From positions 62,001-126,000 of the forward strand of contig MU053799.1 in NCBI GenBank assembly GCA_013239625.1: a stretch of DNA of 64,000 nt, written 5' to 3'. The notes under the pieces were generated by a model. It worked only from the letters and a program-made list of their open reading frames with translations. It was not told the DNA's origin and did not search any database. Both the position numbers and the translations under genes were made by a program. Within the stretch, counting starts at the first letter, position 1. Every line of letters starts with the position of its first letter. This DNA comes from Lama guanicoe. Lineage: Eukaryota. Of this stretch, positions 48,715 to 60,958 are shown piece by piece.

Positions 48715-51700
48715 CCCCTCCATCTGTGTTACCCTCTTCTCCTGCCCTTAGAGGCCTATGGACAAAGCTGTGACAGATCTGGCCCAGTTCCCCCAGATCT
48801 GAGCTCCCAGGCTGCCCTCCCCCCACCCTCCAGGCTGCTCTGCACACGGTGGATCAGGGGTGGATTTCTCCCTGGCAGGATGGGGCTGTCATGGTCTTTT
48901 TGTGCCTAAGGTGTGTGTAGGGTGTGGAGGGCCTGGGAGGAGACAGACAGAGAGGTGTCCAGGGAGGCAGGAGAACCCTAAGTCACAAGAAAGTCTTAGT
49001 CTCAGTAAAATGGGATTATTGTCGTGTCTCTGAGTGGAAGCATTTCCCCTTCAGAACTAAGACTCTAGGCCAGCAGGTTGGAGGTCAGGGGACAGGGAGC
49101 AAATGTCCTCAGCAGGTCCCAGGGATGATATGGGTGGAGCCCTCCCAACCCCTCACCTTGAATCCTGGCCCCGTGAATCCTGATGATGGAAGGAGCATCA
49201 TATATTGTGCACAGATTTAAAGCATATATCACACCTGGAAGGCATTACCCGCCCCCACACGGTGTTGGCACTTGGCTGGCAGAGTGACTGGCTCTTCCAT
49301 CGGCTGTTGGTCCATCACTAACGCAGCAGCCTTAGGATGTTGGGGAAATTGGTGCAACCGGTGAAGCCAGTGAGCCTGGGCCCATGGCAGCCCCTCTTCT
49401 CATGTGGAATGAGTTCATGGTCAGAAGCCCTGTGAGGAAACACAGAATTCTATGAGTCCGGGGACAACAGTTGGGGTAGAAGAACTACAGTCACAGAGGG
49501 CAACTGCCAGTCTGCGGCAAAGATCTGTCAGTAAGAGCAGAGTTCCCCCCTCCATGCTGAAAGAGGTCTGATGTCATTCACTCAACACCGAGTCTCTGGC
49601 AGATTCCCAAGGGAAGGGTGTCCCATGGGAGCCATGCTGGTCTCTCCTGTTGACAGGCTGGTGACAGAAGTGGCCATGGGCATGTCGGCTGTAGACACTG
49701 GATCCAACCTGACTAGCCCGTGGCTGATCCTCCCCTTCCCATGGGGTCGCCAGGTCATGGAGATGGTTGAAGAGAGAGGCGGACTGCTGTTCACAGAGAC
49801 GGTCCTCATGTCCACATGGTTATTAACACCACTTCCTTTTCAGGACACATGTTGCTAAGCACTTTCATGGGACACAAATTAATGAATCTCTGGGTCCCTT
49901 TGTGGGGGTTCTACTTATATCTTTCCCATGTATTCCTGCCATGTCTCTGATGGTCCAGCCAAACTCTCAGTCTCAGCCCATAAATTAGCACACAGCCTCC
50001 TCCAGCCACCTCTGTGTCCAGGCTAAGTGGACCAGGTACCCTGCTCCAATGGTCAGTCATCTATCCAGGAGAATTCTCCACCACTGCTGTCCTTCAGGGA
50101 TGTCCCCAATGGGGGCAGAAAGACCAATGGCTAACTGATATCAACCGGAAACCTCTCCAAACCAGCCTGAAGGGTTTTCCTCTGCGACACGGGTCATAGG
50201 CATCTCCTCACCAGGCCAGAGGTGCAGGTTTCTGGAGAAAAGACATTGCAGCAGGATTTGGGCTCAGCGGTGTTTGGGTCACTTCCTCAGATTGCTCCTT
50301 GGGGGCTTCAGGACCTGAGGGGACCTGACTTCATATCAACCTCCTCTACTTGAGGACAGAGAGCTACTGTGCATACACACCCATGACCCAGCTGCTCAGG
50401 CCTTGCCTGGTCCCCGTATGTGTGTCTGGTCCAAGGGGACGTAGGGGCTCACAGTCACAATATAGATTCCACTGGGGCTCAGTAGCTGCAAAAGTCTTTC
50501 TCAGATGGGGAGCTCTGTTGACACAGGTGAATGACAACAGCTAGGCTGGCCCTGTCTTTCAGTTCCAGGGACACCAGGATCATCGGTCAACACCAACGGT
50601 CTCTGTCACATGATCCAATTACTCCATTGGTCCCACAGGACTTTGTGGACCACACCCACCTCCACCTTGGTGGTAAAACAGAACTACCTGTCTCCTGCCA
50701 AACCAAGGATCCCGTCACATACAGTCTTCGTATCAGGCGCCAGCACTGGGGCAAAGGTCAGTTCTGGAAGAGAGAGACCTGAGAATAGCCATCGTCTGAC
50801 TTTCAGGAGAATGGAGAAGATGAGACACGGGAATAATGTTGGGGGGGACTCTCTGCTCTGTCCCAGATCCAAGAGTGTCCACTAGGCTGCCCCATCATCT
50901 AGATGGAACTTTAAAGGCCAGGGATGTGACTTGCAGGAAGGATTATCTGCCAGAAGAAAGTGGATCTGAAGTAATGTTGGGTGGGTGGGTGTCATTCTGT
51001 CTCTGACTTTGGAGCAATAGCTACCTCTGCCCTTCTTTGGCTTTGCACCAACAGCCAGCACCAACAAAAGTCAGTCCCTGTGTCATGTGTCCCCCAAGAC
51101 CAAGCCCAGAGCCAGACACATTAACTTCCCGTGACCCCAGAGACCAGTGCAGCGATGTTGCTGGGGTCTGGCCGTCTCCACCTGCAAATGAGCCTTCTCA
51201 TATGTTCATAGTGAGGTTGAGACCCTCATGCCTGGTCTGAGGCAGGCAGGGGCCACGCAGAGATGAGCACGTCCGGCCCTGGGGCCCGCCATCCCTGCTG
51301 GGGGAGTCACACCTGAGCAGTGGTTCTGAATCTGCACCAGGACAGAGGACGCCCTGAGCCTCCAGCAATGTGCAGAGCAGCCGCCAGGGGGCAGCAGAGT
51401 CACACGGCAAATTCACCTGGAGTGGGCGTGTCCTGGGCATCAGGAGTTCCACATGCAGGGGGTATGTAACCACCACCTCACACTGGAGGACAGGTGTCCT
51501 TCTACAGTGTCACCTTCACTCTCAAATACACATTTTCTGTCTCCGAGTGTCTCAGTCCTGCTCTTACAGGTGGTGCCAAATTCCTGGCCCCACCCAGATG
51601 TCCGGCCAAAGTATACCCTGCTAAAAGGCATCACTGTCCACAACCAGTCCTCCCTGTGATCTCACATGCCCTCCTCCCCTGCGCTCGGAGCCCAGGTCCT

Positions 51701-52551
51701 CCAGACACAGCTGTTCCTGCTCCCTGGAAGCTCCCCCACCATCCCCAACCTGTCCCTCCGCTCACCCCTCACAGAGAAGAGGGAGGGGACCAGAATTTCC
51801 CCACTTTCCGAGTCCCTGGGTCTGACACACAGCAGTCACTCAACAAACTCTTCTGGACTCACATCATTATTATGTTTATGACATATATTTTCCACAGCAA
51901 CGGAAGGCATGTTGATTGTAATAAACATTCGCTGACAGAGCTGTTAAACCCTGAAGCCCTCACTCTCCTAAACAGCAAACAGTTCTTTCAGCTCCTGGTC
52001 AGTTCCTGACCCGGATGCAAAATGGGGACACTGAGGACAGCATGCAGCCTGCCCCAGGAGCTCACAGCCAAGGGCAGACACAGACCATGACGGCTCTGGA
52101 ACACTCCATGTACTTTGTCAAAGAACGAATTTGACTCCCTCTCTGGAGCCCAGGAGCTGTGATCAGGGGTAGGACCCTGCACCTGGCAGCATCAGAGTGT
52201 CATCTACAGATGGGTTGAAAAAGAACAGATTCATCTCTGGCCTCTCTGTGCCCATGCTGACCAGGAGTGACATCAATGCACAGTCTGGGTTGGACATGTC
52301 CCCAGACTCTGGGACCAGCAGGCAGAGGAGGAGCCCCTGGGCTTAGGGCGCAGTCTCAGGGCCCGCCACTCCCTCTCTGGGTCCCTGGGGACTGAGCCCT
52401 TCTCTGAAACCACAGAGCCCCTCAGGCCACCCCCTGGATGCTGGCTGCTTTGCATACCCAGCAGCTCTCTCTCCAGCAAGGGGATAAGAGAGGCCTAGGG
52501 GGACACCTGCCCAGCCTCGCCCTCGGGGAGCAGAATCGGGGCACCTCCACC

Positions 52552-53232
52552 ATGGCCTGGATGCCCCTTCTCCTCAGCCTCCTGGCTCACTGGACAGGTG
52601 CTGCCCCCAGGATCACATCCACACCCGCCCAGGGCTGGGGACAAGCCTGGCCCTGACTGGGCTCAGAAGGGCGCTGTCAGTGGGGGCAGGGGGCTGGTGT
52701 TCCTGCTGCAGGACGATAGGCTGGAGAGGATGTCATCCCACACTGTGCTCAGCGCTGTGTGAGTCCTGAGGGGCTCCATCCACCAGCCAAGCCCATGGGT
52801 CACTGGGGGTGAGACTGATGGGAGGGACCTCTGGGGGCCCAGGGAATCCCTGGGGCTCAATGCAGGTCAGCTGCTTGGGTCATTTGGGAAAAGGTCCTTC
52901 ATCTTCAGCCCAGGGATCCTTTCTCTCCTGCAGGCTCTGTGGCCTCCTACGAACTGACTCAGTCACCCTCAGTGTCGGTGGCACTGAGACAGACGGCCAA
53001 GATCACCTGTGGCGGGGACAACATTGGAAGTAAAAATGCTCACTGGTACCAGCAGAAGCCGGGCCAGGCCCCTGTGCTGGTCATCTACAAAGATAGCAAC
53101 CGGCCCTCAGGGATCCCTGAGCGGTTCTCAGGCTCCAACTCCGGGAACACGGCCACCCTGACCGTCAGCGGGGCCCAGGCCGAGGACGAGGCCGACTACT
53201 ACTGTCAGGTGTGGGACAGCAGTGCTAATGCT
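52552..53232 (+). CDS. IGLV3-like gene segment, open (V-7): leader 52552-52597, V exon 52934-53232
   Basis: CTTTGCAT 52448-52455. SYELTQSP...[16 protein letters not shown]...[13 protein letters not shown]. Confidence 0.93.
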
Positions 53233-53271
53233 CACAGTGACACAGGCAGATGGGGAAGTGGGACACAAACC
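53233..53271 (+). other. 23-RSS of V-7
   Basis: CACAGTG + 23 nt + ACACAAACC. Confidence 0.92.
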
Positions 53272-54914
53272 TCCCAGCCTGGACTGGTGCTCATCCCAGT
53301 CTCCTTTGAGCAGTGGGAAGTCAGGCTGAGGCCCGGGTATCCTCTCGGGTTCTGGCCCCGCTCCTCCAGGGCTGCAGACACTGGCCTTTCAGAGCCGAGG
53401 TTTATCCTGATAAAAAGGGAGAAGGTAGCTGTTCTGGGTTTCAAAGGCTGCAGTCAGGATTGGGAGGAAAGGAAAGGTTTAGGATCACGATGTGTGACTG
53501 TGGCCCCAGTTGTGATCACGGGTCTGTGGGAGAGGGGGGCTGTGTGAGATGGCGGGGTTCTGGGGGAATCCTTCTCCTCTGGGAGGAACCTGCTGGATGA
53601 GGCCTGGGACGAGGTCCTGTGCTTTCCTGCATGAAGAGTCCCCACGTCCTGGGGGCTACCTGAGGACCGGAAAGGACTGAGCCCCAGCCCCTGACCCCAG
53701 GGCCCTCCTCCCCTGAGATGTAGCACAAACTGTAGAGATAGGGCGGACCTGCCATGGGCTCCTCCTGCAGAACTTCTCCTGGACACACGGTCCTCCTGTT
53801 GGACCCCAGGACCAGAGCCCCCAAAACTACTGTCTGATGGGTACAGACCTTCTGTTTAAGGAGATACAGATCATATTATCCAGGCTTCTCCAAGACACAC
53901 AGCCAATAGGGTACAGAGATGGATTAGGAGGAATTGTTCGATAAGGTTCTGGAGGCTGAGAAGTCCCAAGGGGCACCGTCAAAGGGGAACCCACGAGGAC
54001 CTGTGTGTGATTCTGCCCCAAGGCCTGAGATCCAGGGAGGCAGACATGCCTCTCATCCAGGGCACGTGGGTGACATCCCAGGGACCCCCAAGGAGGAGAT
54101 GTTCTGCCTCCTCCACCATTTACTCTTGCCAGGACCCCAGGGATGGGATGGAGCCCACCCACATGGAGGGGCCATGTGCTTCTCTGAGCCCCAGGGTCTA
54201 AAGGCTAATGCTCTTCTAAAACAGCCCCAATACCCCCTGAAATGAGTAACCAGTGGGACCTGCTTGTCCAGCCAAGTGGACACACGAATTCAACCATCAC
54301 GGTGGTTAGTGACACATTGCATGGATGGGTATTTTACTATAGTTTTTTTAAATTGCTGAGTCTGAAAATAAAGTACAGGAAATGATTTTGAAGTCCTTTC
54401 ACCAACAAAACAGGAGAAAGAACGGGGCAGTGATCACCATTCACCCTCTCCCTGGACAAAATAGGTGGGGTCACTGGTGCCCCATACAGTGTCTTTCTCG
54501 CTCTCCATATTCTAAGGAGCTGTGATCAGGGGTAGGACCCTGCACCTGGCAGCATCAGAGTGTCATCTACAGATGGGTTGAAAAAGAACAGATTCATCTC
54601 TGGCCTCTCAGTGGCCGTGCCGACCAGGAGTGACATCAATGCACAGTGTGGGTTGGACATGTCCCCAGACTCTGGGACCAGCAGGCAGAGGAGGAGCCCC
54701 TGGGCTTAGGTCGCAGTCTCAGGGCCCGCCACTCCCTCTCTGGGTCCCTGGGGACTGAGCCCTTCTCTGAAACCACAGAGCCCCTCAGGCCACCCCCTGG
54801 ATGCTGGCTGCTTTGCATACCCAGCAGCTCTCTCTCCAGCAAGGGGATAAGAGAGGCCTAGGGGGACACCTGCCCAGCCTCGCCCTCGGGGAGCAGAATC
54901 GGGGCATCTCCACC

Positions 54915-55595
54915 ATGGCCTGGATGCCCCTTCTCCTCAGCCTCCTGGCTCACTGGACAGGTGCTGCCCCCAGGATCACATCCACACCCGCCCAGGGCTG
55001 GGGACAAGCCTGGCCCTGACTGGGCTCAGAAGGGCGCTGTCAGTGGGGGCAGGGGGCTGGTGTTCCTGCTGCAGGACGATAGGCTGGAGAGGATGTCATC
55101 CCACACTGTGCTCAGCGCTGTGTGAGTCCTGAGGGGCTCCATCCACCAGCCAAGCCCATGGGTCACTGGGGGTGAGACTGATGGGAGGGACCTCTGGGGG
55201 CCCAGGGAATCCCTGGGGCTCAATGCAGGTCAGCTGCTTGGGTCATTTGGGAAAAGGTCCTTCATCTTCAGCCCAGGGATCCTTTCTCTCCTGCAGGCTC
55301 TGTGGCCTCCTACGAACTGACTCAGTCACCCTCAGTGTCGGTGGCACTGAGACAGACGGCCAAGATCACCTGTGGCGGGGACAACATTGGAAGTAAAAAT
55401 GCTCACTGGTACCAGCAGAAGCCGGGCCAGGCCCCTGTGCTGGTCATCTACAAAGATAGCAACCGGCCCTCAGGGATCCCTGAGCGGTTCTCAGGCTCCA
55501 ACTCCGGGAACACGGCCACCCTGACCATCAGCGGGGCCCAGGCCGAGGACGAGGCTGACTACTACTGTCAGGTGTGGGACAGCAGTGCTAATGCT
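54915..55595 (+). CDS. IGLV3-like gene segment, open (V-8): leader 54915-54960, V exon 55297-55595
   Basis: Tandem copy of V-7 at offset 2363. One amino-acid difference in the V exon (TLTISG vs TLTVSG). Confidence 0.9.
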
Positions 55596-55634
55596 CACAG
55601 TGACACAGGCAGATGGGGAAGTGGGACACAAACC
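55596..55634 (+). other. 23-RSS of V-8
   Basis: CACAGTG + 23 nt + ACACAAACC. Confidence 0.92.
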
Positions 55635-58600
55635 TCCCAGCCTGGACTGGTGCTCACCCCAGTCTCCTTTGAGCAGTGGGAAGTCAGGCTGAGGCCCGGG
55701 TATCCTCTCGGGTTCTGGCCCCGCTCCTCCAGGGCTGCAGACACTGGCCTTTCAGAGCCGAGGTTTATCCTGATAAAAAGGGAGAAGGTAGCTGTTCTGG
55801 GTTTCAAAGGCTGCAGTCAGGATTGGGAGGAAAGGAAAGGTTTAGGATCACGATGTGTGACTGTGGCCCCAGTTGTGATCACGGGTCTGTGGGAGAGGGG
55901 GGCTGTGTGAGATGGCGGGGTTCTGGGGGAATCCTTCTCCTCTGGGAGGAACCTGCTGGATGAGGCCTGGGACGAGGTCCTGTGCTTTCCTGCATGAAGA
56001 GTCCCCACGTCCTGGGGGCTACCTGAGGACCGGAAAGGACTGAGCCCCAGCCCCTGACCCCAGGGCCCTCCTCCCCTGAGATGTAGCACAAACTGTAGAG
56101 ATAGGGCGGACCTGCCATGGGCTCCTCCTGCAGAACTTCTCCTGGACACACGGTCCTCCTGTTGGACCCCAGGACCAGAGCCCCCAAAACTACCGTCTGA
56201 TGGGTACAGACCTTCTGTTTAAGGAGATACAGATCATATTATCCAGGCTTCTCCAAGACACACAGCCAATAGGGTACAGAGATGGATTAGGAGGAATTGT
56301 TCGATAAGGTTCTGGAGGCTGAGAAGTCCCAAGGGGCACCGTCAAAGGGGAACCCACGAGGACCTGTGTGTGATTCTGCCCCAAGGCCTGAGATCCAGGG
56401 AGGCAGACATGCCTCTCATCCAGGGCACGTGGGTGACATCCCAGGGACCCCCAAGGAGGAGATGTTCTGCCTCCTCCACCATTTACTCTTGCCAGGACCC
56501 CAGGGATGGGATGGAGCCCACCCACATGGAGGGGCCATGTGCTTCTCTGAGCCCCAGGGTCTAAAGGCTAATGCTCTTCTAAAACAGCCCCAATACCCCC
56601 TGAAATGAGTAACCAGTGGGACCTGCTTGTCCAGCCAAGTGGACACACGAATTCAACCATCACGGTGGTTAGTGACACATTGCATGGATGGGTATTTTAC
56701 TATAGTTTTTTTAAATTGCTGAGTCTGAAAATAAAGTACAGGAAATGATTTTGAAGTCCTTTCACCAACAAAACAGGAGAAAGAACGGGGCAGTGATCAC
56801 CATTCACCCTCTCCCTGGACAAAATAGGTGGGGTCACTGGTGCCCCATACAGTGTCTTTCTCGCTCTCCATATTCTACATATTTCAGAACCAACACTCAT
56901 GTGTCCAGTTCAGCACTGCCACATCTCCCCAGAAACCCAGAACGTCTGTGACAGCTAATTACCTGTGTGAGCGAATGAGCCCCTCAGGCTCCCCCCTCAC
57001 ACGTGGTCAGCAGTTCTCTCCGGTCCAGCTTCATCAGCTCTGAATCCTTGTAACTCCAGGCAGTAGAGCTTCTGCAAATGGTCCACAGAGAGGAGTGTGC
57101 TCGCTGTGCGCAGCCAGACAACTTCTATGGATTGTAAGAAGTGCGCGTGGGGGCCCTTCACACTTGCTTCAGAAAAACCCTAAATAGTAATTACAGTCGT
57201 GTTAAGAAATCAGAACTCTAATAAAGATGACAGAAAGGTTAATTTTTAAAAAGCCAGTCTCAGTGTGCATTTGGTAAACATGTAGGCCCTATAAACCCCT
57301 GAAGACTCATCTGTCTCCAGTAGATTGGCCATGAGCCGTCACTCCCACCCACTTAGGACAGTGAGGACCAAGCAGTCCTGCCCAGCAGAGCCAGCAGGAT
57401 CCAGGCCAGGCCCCTGCATGGCCAAACCAGCCTCCCACCCCAACAGATGCTCAGCTCTACCCTGGGACACAGCCCCGCTGACCTCCCCAAGCCAGGATGT
57501 GGTGGGGACAACACTGAGCCCCAGGAGCCCAGGCCTGCCACCCAGCCTGGCCCTCACGGCTCCTGTGTCCTGGTCAAGTACCGCCCCAGAGGACCAGGGT
57601 CTGATCCCTGGCCTCCATCCTGGGCTCATCTCACTTTTCTCTATTAATCTGGGGACTTCCTCTCTTTGGGTCTTGGCATTACCAGCTATTAAGCCTTTGT
57701 TCCAACTTAAATTATAAAAGGCACCCAGAATGCATTAAAACCAAAGAGAAAATTGGCAAGGATCCCAGTGAGTCATGAGGTCCTGGAGTTCCCTGTCCTC
57801 CTTCTGCAGGAATCCTAGAAAGGGCTTCAGCCATCGGTATGATTTCCAGATAGGATTCCCAGTAAGAAGGAGACACCCTGTATCCTCAAAAAGGCAGATG
57901 ATGCTGAGCTAGACATTCACCCCCCAAGAGTTGTGAGAGGGGGGAGATGACATGGAAACCACAGGAGGAGAGATGAGGATGGTGACGAGGATGGTGATGG
58001 TGATTGTAATGATGAAGAGGACAGTGATGAGGACGGTGATAATGATGTCACGAGGCACAAATGAACTCAAGTACCAGAAACAGTATCATACAACTGCCCT
58101 CCTGGGGTGGGGATAGTATCCATCTTGGTTCCTAAACACAAGGAGACCTGGGTCTGCAGGGTACCATACACATTGCTATGGACACTGGCACTTTGCAGAC
58201 AAGCTGAAGTTCATCTCGCACCCTCCACTCTAATAACAAAACCAAAGTGTCGGGAAGGGCATTTCCACCCCAAGATAACGTTATGGGGACCGCACCTGCA
58301 CCCCGTAGGTGACATCTCTGCTGGGCGGGGCAGGGCCGGGGTCACAGCTGGCCCAGAGGCAGGGCTGGAATCCCTGCTCCACACCATCTTAGGTGAGAGG
58401 CCTTCGGGGTGACCTGCAGGAAGGGAGCTCCTGGTCTGGCTCTCCTCCTCCAGCAGGGGGCAGAAGAGGCAACAGGAGAATCAGAACTGAGGCTGGGGCT
58501 GCCCAGGTGGAGCCTCAGAGTGAATCATCCCTGGGGGTCCACCGGGGTCTGAGGGTCAGGCCTGGCAGGAAGTCGGGACTGACCACCCCATCCCCTGACA

Positions 58601-59028
58601 GCACAGGGACCATGTTGGAGGTTCACATGCACAGCGCCACCCAGGACACTGAGGGGACAGGGCACAGTGCATCCCTCTTGTCTCTCTAGGATCCTGCCAG
58701 GCTAACAACTCCACTGAGCCAACCCAGCAGAATCCACAGGCAGGGATGGTTGGGACAATGGTCACGTGGTCAGAGACAGGAAGGGGCCTGAGATCAAGGC
58801 CTCTGGAGGCCAGGTCTGATTTGGGGACATAAGAAGCCAGGGAGGAGGCTGAGTGAGTTGCCCTTGCTGAAGGACTGGTGACTCCCCTCTCAGTGAGGAG
58901 CCCCAGGGATGGCGTAAATTTGCATAAACCCAAGCCCTCCTGCCCTGAAGTGCTGAGGGAATAAGAGGGACCTTGAGGAGCCCTGCTCTGCTGCGTGGTC
59001 TCAGAGCAGAGCTCAGGGCACCTCTACC

Positions 59029-59796
59029 ATGGCCTGGACCCCTCTCCTGCTGCCCCTCCTCTCTCTCTGTACAGGTGCTGCCCCCAGGACTCAGACCCCT
59101 GGGTACCCAGACATCAGCCAGGCCCTGAATGTCAGCTCAGCACAGGGGATGCTGTGGAGTGCGTGGTCCTAGGGAATGACACCCTGGTCCCCACCCTCAC
59201 TCTCCTCTCCTCTCCTGCAGGTTACATGGCCTCTTCTGCACTGACTCAGCCCCCCGCAGTGTCCGTGTCCTTGGGACAGACGGCCAGGATCACCTGCCAA
59301 ACCAAGGAGCCAGGAAGCAGTTATGCTCACTGGTACCAGCAGAAGACTGGGATTTCAAAATTGTAGAACAGATAAACAAGATTACACTGTATCGCACAGG
59401 GAAATACACACAAAAAGTTATGATAACTCACAGAGGAAAACATGTGACAATGAGTGTGTATATGTCCATGAATGACTGAAAAATTGTGCTGAACACTGGA
59501 ATTTGACACAACTTTGTAAAATGATTATAAATCAATAAAAAATGTTAAAAAAATAATGTTAAAAAAAGACTTCTCTAAAAATAAAATAAATTTTTTTTAA
59601 ATATTGAAAAAAAAAAAAGAAGCCAGGCCAAGCCCCTGTGCTGGTCATGTATGATGATGACAGCGGGCACTCAGGGATCCCTGAGTGGTTCTCTGGGTCT
59701 CACTCAGGCAACACGGTCACCCTGACCATCAGTGGGGCCCAGGTTGAAGATGAAGCTGACTATTACTGTCAGTCATATGACAGCAATGCTAATGCA
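59029..59796 (+). pseudogene. IGLV3-like pseudogene (V-9) disrupted by an L1 insertion in FR2
   Basis: Octamer 58918-58925, leader 59029-59074, V exon from 59221 to WYQQK (59345), then the insert. Resumes PGQAPVLV...[13 protein letters not shown] at 59623. Confidence 0.95.
59346..59617 (+). mobile_element. 5'-truncated LINE-1 3' end inserted in the V-9 exon
   Basis: L1 3'UTR text (ACTGTATCGCACAGGGAAATA...TTGTGCTGAACACTGGAATTTGACACAAC), AATAAA and A-tails. TSD AGAAG at 59341-59345 and 59618-59622. Confidence 0.9.
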
Positions 59797-59835
59797 CACA
59801 GTGACCCAGGCAGATGGGGAAGTCGGACACAAACC
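59797..59835 (+). other. 23-RSS of V-9 (intact)
   Basis: CACAGTG + 23 nt + ACACAAACC. Confidence 0.9.
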
Positions 59836-60958
59836 CCTCCATCTCTGTCACCCTCTCCTCCAGCCCCAGGAGGTCTGTGGGCAAAGCAGTGACAGATCTG
59901 GCTGGGTTTCTATAGATCTGAGCTCCCAGGACATACTCCCCCCCAGCCCTCCCTCCAGGCAGCTCTACACATGGTGAATCAGATCTGATCTTAGGGTGGC
60001 TGGACCAGGATGTCTTGGTGTCTGGGCTGTGGAACGAGTAGGGCAAAGTGGGCCTGAATGAGAGGACAGATGGAGGGAGACACGGACCCACTGGTAATGG
60101 ACCGTCGATTTCTGTGTGTCAGTGACTGGCCCCTCACCCGCCCACTTCTCCTGGACTGATCCCCAGAACCACCCAGCTCATCTGAGCTCCTGGAGCTTTA
60201 GGTTCCCATGGCAACCTAGGCCCCTGAGCAGATCAAACTAGTGCAGCAGACAGTGTGGAGTCTCTCCTTCGGGTTGACACACCACCCACTGGTGTTGGAG
60301 ACTCTGCCAGCTCACAGCTATGCCCTCCCCAGATTGGGCCGTTGCTGTAGAGATGTGCTCCCCCAAGGTCCTGCCCCTTCCCTGCGTGTGACTCAGGTGC
60401 AGTGATGCCTGACACCAAGGTTCCAAGTCCTTGCCTCAGTACAGGATGACATGCAGTGTCCCCCACCCAAGTCCTCAGCCATCACCACAATGCAGGTGTG
60501 ACCAGTGGCCTCCCTTGTTTCCTTCCAGAAAGATCTCATTCAACTTCGTGCATGCATTTTCCAGAGTGAATTTCCAAGGATTCTGAAGAGAAATGGATCA
60601 TCTAGAGCAAAGAGGGTCAAAGAGGAGATACGCACAGAGAGAACTGTGCAGCTCCAAATATTCCTAACTTTCTGATGAACTCTCAGGAGGGAGGAATCAT
60701 CCTGAGGTTGAAGAAGGAGCCACCAAAGATGTTGGAGGAAGTTCAGCAGAATCACACACACATCAGAAGAGGGCTCCTCCCCAGTCAGAGGGGGAAGCTC
60801 CAAATTAAGGCCTCAGGGTGACCAGTCAGAAGAACTCACACTAGTAGTGGAGGTAATCAGCCCCATATGAAAGGCCACCCTGGTTCCCTTTAAGAAAATG
60901 TAAAAGCAAATACAGAAAGTATTTAAGTGTCTCCAAGTCACTTTACAGGAATAACACA

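Larger units (their letters stand above)
52152..56877 (+). repeat. Direct tandem duplication, 2 x 2363 bp (52152-54514, 54515-56877)
   Basis: Junction ...CTCCATATTCTA|AGGAGCTGTGATC. The offset is the same at the unit start, ATG, V exon, RSS and unit end. Confidence 0.95.
39640..59030 (+). repeat. ~8.5 kb segmental duplication of a two-V-gene cassette (V-4/V-5 vs V-6/V-7, third unit starting at V-9)
   Basis: Matching spacers: 40135 vs 48676, 42360 vs 50870, 44045 vs 52552, 46020 vs 56850, 47850 vs 58670. Many paired near-identical ORFs in the track. Confidence 0.9.
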
